Shown here: positions 43,778-52,970 of the stretch, in pieces
How positions within the stretch are numbered: position 1 is the first letter of the stretch
Layout: each line of letters opens with the position of its first letter
NCBI GenBank assembly: GCA_964569055.1
Contig: CAZMSZ010000004.1
Span: 1-52,970 of the forward strand
Origin: an uncultured Planctomycetota bacterium
Lineage (GTDB): Bacteria; Planctomycetota; J058
DNA: 52,970 nucleotides
Reading direction: 5' to 3'
The notes under the pieces: model-generated
Told to the model about the DNA's origin: nothing
Databases searched by the model: none
What the model saw: only the letters and a program-made list of their open reading frames with translations
Made by a program: the position numbers and the translations under genes

Positions 43778-43893
43778 GGTCCAACCTCCTCCCGCCCGGC
43801 GTGCCGCGCGAGCTCGCCTCGCCCGGGCGCCGGCCCGGCGATCATAGCGCGCTGAGCTTCGAAGGGTCCGACGCGGGTCCGCGTTGGCTTTCT

Positions 43894-44080
43894 CCGTGCC
43901 CGTGCCCCTGCCCGTGCCCGTGCTCGAGACCCGTGCGCGTGCCGGTTGTCGAAGGAGCGACCCAGAGCGCTCTCGCTTGCAGCGCTCCTCCGCCGCAGCG
44001 AAGTGGGACGGGCCACGGACACGGGCAGAGGCACGGGCACGGGCACGATTCGCTTGGCGCGACGATGGGTGGAATCGTCA
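43894..44080 (-). repeat. Full copy of the hexamer-armed palindromic intergenic element, inverted relative to 32579-32784
   Basis: The reverse complement aligns by eye to 32579-32784 over about 190 bp. The lead-in is tgacgattccacccatcgtcgcgccaagcg. The core at 43963-43994 is identical to 32672-32705 apart from a 2-nt indel. Both hexamer arms are present. I estimate roughly 75-85% identity overall, by hand alignment only. Confidence 0.85.
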
Positions 44081-44188
44081 GGCCAAGACAGGCAAGGGCA
44101 GGGCGGCTCGGCCTGGGCGCGCAGGTGAACCGGGAGCCAAGGGACCATCCCAGGCCCATGGGTTACGCTCCGCTCAGGAGCGTGGCGC

Positions 44189-47302
<3,114 letters not shown>

Positions 47303-47393
47303 GGAGCTGTCGAGAACGGCAGCGTGGTCACCCGATGGCGAGACCCGCCCGCGGCGCTACCTGCTGACCCCTCCCGCGCGCTAGGGTGGGTGC

Positions 47394-48461
47394 GTGCGCC
47401 TCCGCTGCCTGCGCCGGCTCCTGCTCCTCGCGCTCCTGCTCGCGCCCGCCGCGGGCTGCGACGACCCGATCCTGTTCGACATCGACGCCGCGGGGCGGAT
47501 CCTGGTGGCGGTCGACCCGGCCGGGCGGACGGCGGTGATCGGCGACGGGGCGCGGCCGCGGCACGTGTGCCGGGTCGACCCGGCGAGCGGCGCGGTGGAG
47601 CGGCTCACCGAGCGACCGCGTCAGGTGAGCTGGCTGCGCGCCCTGGGCGACGGCGCGCTGTTCGTGGAGGAGCGGCGGCGGCTGGTGCTGCTCGAGGGCG
47701 GCGCGGCGCGCACGCTCTTCGAGAGCGAGCGCCGGCTGCAGGGGCCCGTCCCCAGCCCCGACGGCCGCCGGGTGGCCGTGCTCGAGGCCGAGCGGCTCGG
47801 GGTGCCGGGGACGCTCCACGTCCTCGAGCTGCGCGCGGGCGCGCCCGCCGAGCGGGTGGCCTCGATCCCAGACGCCCTCCTCGGCGCGAGCTGGACCGAC
47901 GCGGGGCTGCTGGTGCCGCGCTCCACCGGGCCGCGCAGCGGCGCCTTCGAGCTCGGGCCCGGCGAGCTGGTCGAGGTGCGCGGCGCGCAGCGGCGCCGCT
48001 GGGCGGCGCTGCCCCTGCCGGGGGTGGTGCTGATGGGCACCGCCGACGGCCTGGCCGTGGCCTCGGTCCCGCTCACGCCGGGCGCCGAGCGCGTGGGCCT
48101 GGCCGTGTTCCGCGGCGACCCCCCGGGGGTCCGCAAGGCGCCCGACCCGGGGGTCTGCGACCTGTGGCCTCAGCTCGAGCCGGGCGGGGGTCAGCGGATC
48201 CTGTTCACCCGGGCTCGCCCCGAGCGGCCGACGCTGGAGGGGGAGCTGCGCCTGACCCGGGTCGACGCGCTCGACGGCTCGCGCCAGATCCCCACGCCCG
48301 GGCCGGTCTCGGCCCCGCGCTGGCTCGGGGCCGATCGGGTCGTGTTCGTGACCCGCGACGACCACCTGGTGGTCCAAGACCTATCGGGCGAGCATCGGAC
48401 CGACTTCTCTGCCATGCTGCAGCGGGCCGCCGCTGGCGCGAACCCCGGAGCGAAACGATGA
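47394..48461 (+). CDS. Putative lipoprotein, TolB-like beta-propeller
   Basis: GTG start. Signal peptide with lipobox (LLLAPAAGC). Repeated beta-strand blocks (PSPDGRRVAVLE..., similar to TolB/PD40 repeats). Confidence 0.7.
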   Translation: MRLRCLRRLLLLALLLAPAAGCDDPILFDIDAAGRILVAVDPAGRTAVIGDGARPRHVCRVDPASGAVERLTERPRQVSWLRALGDGALFVEERRRLVLLEGGAARTLFESERRLQGPVPSPDGRRVAVLEAERLGVPGTLHVLELRAGAPAERVASIPDALLGASWTDAGLLVPRSTGPRSGAFELGPGELVEVRGAQRRRWAALPLPGVVLMGTADGLAVASVPLTPGAERVGLAVFRGDPPGVRKAPDPGVCDLWPQLEPGGGQRILFTRARPERPTLEGELRLTRVDALDGSRQIPTPGPVSAPRWLGADRVVFVTRDDHLVVQDLSGEHRTDFSAMLQRAAAGANPGAKR

Positions 48462-49111
48462 CCCGTGCCGCCCTCCCGACCCGCCGCGCGCCGCTCGCGC
48501 TCCTCGTGCTGCTCCTCGCGCTGCCCGCGCTGGCCGACCCGGCCGCGGAGGAGCGCCTGGCCCGGCTGGTGCGGGAGGCCAACGCCGCGCCGGTGCCGGT
48601 GCTGGCGTTCCTGGAGGGGATCGGCGAGCTGGGCGCCCTCGAGCTCGACGGGGCCGCCGTGCAGCGCTCGCTCGACCTCGCCGAGCTCCCCCCCGACAGC
48701 CCCTTGCGCGCGCTGCTCGACGGCACCGAGCGGCTCGCCTTCGACGGCGAGCGCGCCCGCCTGCAGCGCTCCCACCCCGCGACGTTCAGCATGGGGAGCG
48801 GCGCGCTGGAGCTGGGCGAGCGGGTCGAGCTGCGCCTCCGCAGCGACGGTCAGCGGATCGTGCTCGACGACATCGAGGGCGTGAAGGTGGGCGAGAGCGG
48901 GGGCGACCTGTACGGGCTGAGGCGCGCGGAGTTCCTCGAGGAGGGCGGCCGCCCCGTGGCCAAGGTCACCGCGGGCGCGTTCGTGTTCTCGAAGACGGTC
49001 ACGATCGACCTCAGCCCGCCCGAGCCGCCGACCGCCGCGGCGCAGGCCGCGCCCGGCGGCCCCTCGCCGGGCATCTCGGGCGCGCTCGGCGAAGCGACCG
49101 GGCAGCAGTAG
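48458..49111 (+). CDS. Secreted hypothetical protein
   Basis: The ATG at 48458 overlaps the upstream TGA (ATGA coupling). Signal peptide MTRAALPTRRAPLALLVLLLALPALADP. No family recognised. Confidence 0.65.
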   Translation: MTRAALPTRRAPLALLVLLLALPALADPAAEERLARLVREANAAPVPVLAFLEGIGELGALELDGAAVQRSLDLAELPPDSPLRALLDGTERLAFDGERARLQRSHPATFSMGSGALELGERVELRLRSDGQRIVLDDIEGVKVGESGGDLYGLRRAEFLEEGGRPVAKVTAGAFVFSKTVTIDLSPPEPPTAAAQAAPGGPSPGISGALGEATGQQ

Positions 49112-49168
49112 CCCGAGCGCTCCTCCCACGCCGTCCGCCCCGCGAGTCAGCGGGGCGTGGTGGTCGGC

Positions 49169-51465
<2,297 letters not shown>

Positions 51466-51469
<4 letters not shown>

Positions 51470-52071
51470 GCGCCGGCCTCGAGGGCCACCCGCAGGCGCC
51501 GCAGCGCGCGCACGTAGCGGTTGCTCGCCCCCGCCTTGGTGATCCCGAGCGCCGCGGCGACCTCGTTGTTGGTCAGCTCCTCGAAGTGGCGCATCACGAG
51601 CACCTCGCGGTCGGTCTCGTCCAGCTCGTCGAGCGCCTGCTGCACCCGGCTCACCAGCTCGGCGCGCTTCATGCCCTGGCTGGGCGAGGAGAAGCTCCCC
51701 GCCAGGCGCTCGGCGAGCGAGGCGGTGGAGGCGCTCGGCCCGGCGTGGAGCGGCACCTCGCGCCGCACGTCGCGCTGCTGCGCGCCGTGGCGCCGCTGCA
51801 GCTCGGCCAGCTTCTGCACGGTGAGGAAGCGCAGCCACACGAACAGCGGCATGGTCGGCTTGGCGAGCCACTCGTCGAACCGGCGCGCCACGTCGAGCCA
51901 CGCCTCCTGGAGCACGTCGGCGGGGTCGATCCGCCCGCGCAGGTGCGGGTCGATCCGCAGCGCGATCAGGCCCTCGAGCCGGCGCTGGTGGTTGGTGAAC
52001 AGCTCGCCGAGGGCGTCGCGCTCCCCCGCGCGGATCCGCGCGACGACCTCGTCATCCGCCTCGCTCGCCAC
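51466..52071 (-). CDS. ECF-type RNA polymerase sigma-70 family factor
   Basis: 201 aa. Region 2 (LFTNHQRRLEGLIALRI...DVLQEAWLDV) and region 4 (REVLVMRHFEELTNNEVAAALGITKAGASNRYVRAL). Directly coupled to the downstream kinase gene. Confidence 0.85.
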
Positions 52072-52199
52072 CGCGCCTCCGTCGTAACTCGTGTCGCATG
52101 GTAATCCCGCGGCGGTCGGTCGGGGCAGGGATCTTGGGCCGTGTATCGGCCCGGGCCGGGCGCAGTAACCTCCTTACGGCCGATCCCCAGGAGGACGCC

Positions 52200-52913
52200 T
52201 TGAAGCTCCCGACGTTGCTGTTGACCGCCGCCGCGCTGCTCTCCCCCGTCTACGCGCAGGAGGGCGCGCCGGACGCCCCCGAGGCGCCCGCGCCCGCCGA
52301 GCCGCACCCGTTCCTCGTGCAGTACGACGTGGACCACGACGGCCTGGTCACGCTCAGCGAGCTCGAGGCGACCGCCATGGCCTTCCTCGCCAAGGCCGAC
52401 GCCGACGAGGACGGCGCGCTGACGCCCGAGGAGCTGGCGAACGGGCAGGCCAAGGTCCGGTTCGAGGCGCTCGACGCCGACAAGGACGGGAGCCTGGCGC
52501 CGACCGAGTTCAAGCTGGAGCGCGGCTTCGGGCGGTTCGCGCCGCGGGGTCGCGACGCGGACGGCGACGGCAAGATCGGGATCGACGAGCTCACCGCCAT
52601 GCCCCGGCGCATGTTCGAGCGGTTCGACGCCGACAAGGACGGCGAGGTGACCAGCGAGGAGCTGGCCGCCGCGCCCCAGCGGGGTCGGCGCGGCCGCGGG
52701 GACGGCCGGCGCGGCCGCCGCGGCGGCGAGGGTCAGGGGCGGCGCGGCCCGTCGGCCGAGGAGCTGTTCAAGCAGCTCGACAAGGACGAGAGCGGCGGCT
52801 TGAGCCTGGAAGAGTTCAAGGCCATGCCGCGCCCCGAGCGCGGCCGGCGCGGTCGGCGCGGCGGCGAGGGCGACGGCGAGGAGGGCGGCCGCGACGGGGA
52901 CGGCTACATCTAG
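52200..52913 (+). CDS. Secreted EF-hand calcium-binding protein with Arg/Gly-rich spacers
   Basis: Track ORF trimmed to the TTG at 52200, preceded by AGGAGGA, because it yields a clean signal peptide (M)KLPTLLLTAAALLSPVYAQE. Six DxDxDG-type loops are present (DVDHDGLVTLSE, DADEDGALTPEE, DADKDGSLAPTE, DADGDGKIGIDE, DADKDGEVTSEE, DKDESGGLSLEE). The start codon is uncertain. Confidence 0.75.
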   Translation: MKLPTLLLTAAALLSPVYAQEGAPDAPEAPAPAEPHPFLVQYDVDHDGLVTLSELEATAMAFLAKADADEDGALTPEELANGQAKVRFEALDADKDGSLAPTEFKLERGFGRFAPRGRDADGDGKIGIDELTAMPRRMFERFDADKDGEVTSEELAAAPQRGRRGRGDGRRGRRGGEGQGRRGPSAEELFKQLDKDESGGLSLEEFKAMPRPERGRRGRRGGEGDGEEGGRDGDGYI

Positions 52914-52970
52914 GTTCTGTCTCGAAACTCGGATCGCGCCATCGCGAAGCAATCGTCGCCGCTGGCGAGG

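Overview
A 53-kb, very GC-rich window (roughly 70-75% G+C by eye). It is densely coding on both strands, and I saw no rRNA, tRNA, CRISPR array, transposase or integrase. The gene content fits a Myxococcota-type chromosome, but that assignment is inferred from content only. There are six Ser/Thr kinase genes carrying seven catalytic domains, four FHA modules, an ECF sigma factor coupled to a kinase, a PilZ protein, a histidine kinase, and large secreted TPR/transglutaminase-like proteins. I call 40 CDSs. Many long ORFs in the six-frame track are GC-driven antisense or off-frame artefacts and were discarded. Several track ORFs were trimmed to internal starts supported by RBSs, signal peptides or stop/start coupling.

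Main points of interest:
1. An orphan three-gene operon (27169-31202) encodes a large unknown protein with a phage-lysozyme-like EG..YD..T.G.G motif. It is followed by two different proteins that each open with a zinc ribbon.
2. Three tandem paralogous two-TM proteins (5386-7501) look like bacterial GIDE domains and sit behind an unusual Mo-oxidoreductase. Two C4HC3 RING-like zinc-finger proteins with identical ligand spacing are encoded elsewhere in the window.
3. A dispersed intergenic element of about 200 bp has a conserved palindromic core flanked by complementary (CGTGCC)n/(GGCACG)n hexamer runs. Two full copies lie in inverted orientation 11 kb apart, and there is one partial copy.
4. 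A second repeat family forms a perfect 2 x 121-bp higher-order tandem array, with a related inverted copy next to (GGATTC)4(GGACTC)n.
5. Two giant transglutaminase-like paralogues are translationally coupled, and one of them has the catalytic Cys replaced by Ser.
6. One protein combines two kinase domains with a WD40-like propeller, and another kinase has a degenerate N-lobe.

All family assignments come from motif recognition by eye and need HMM or structure searches.
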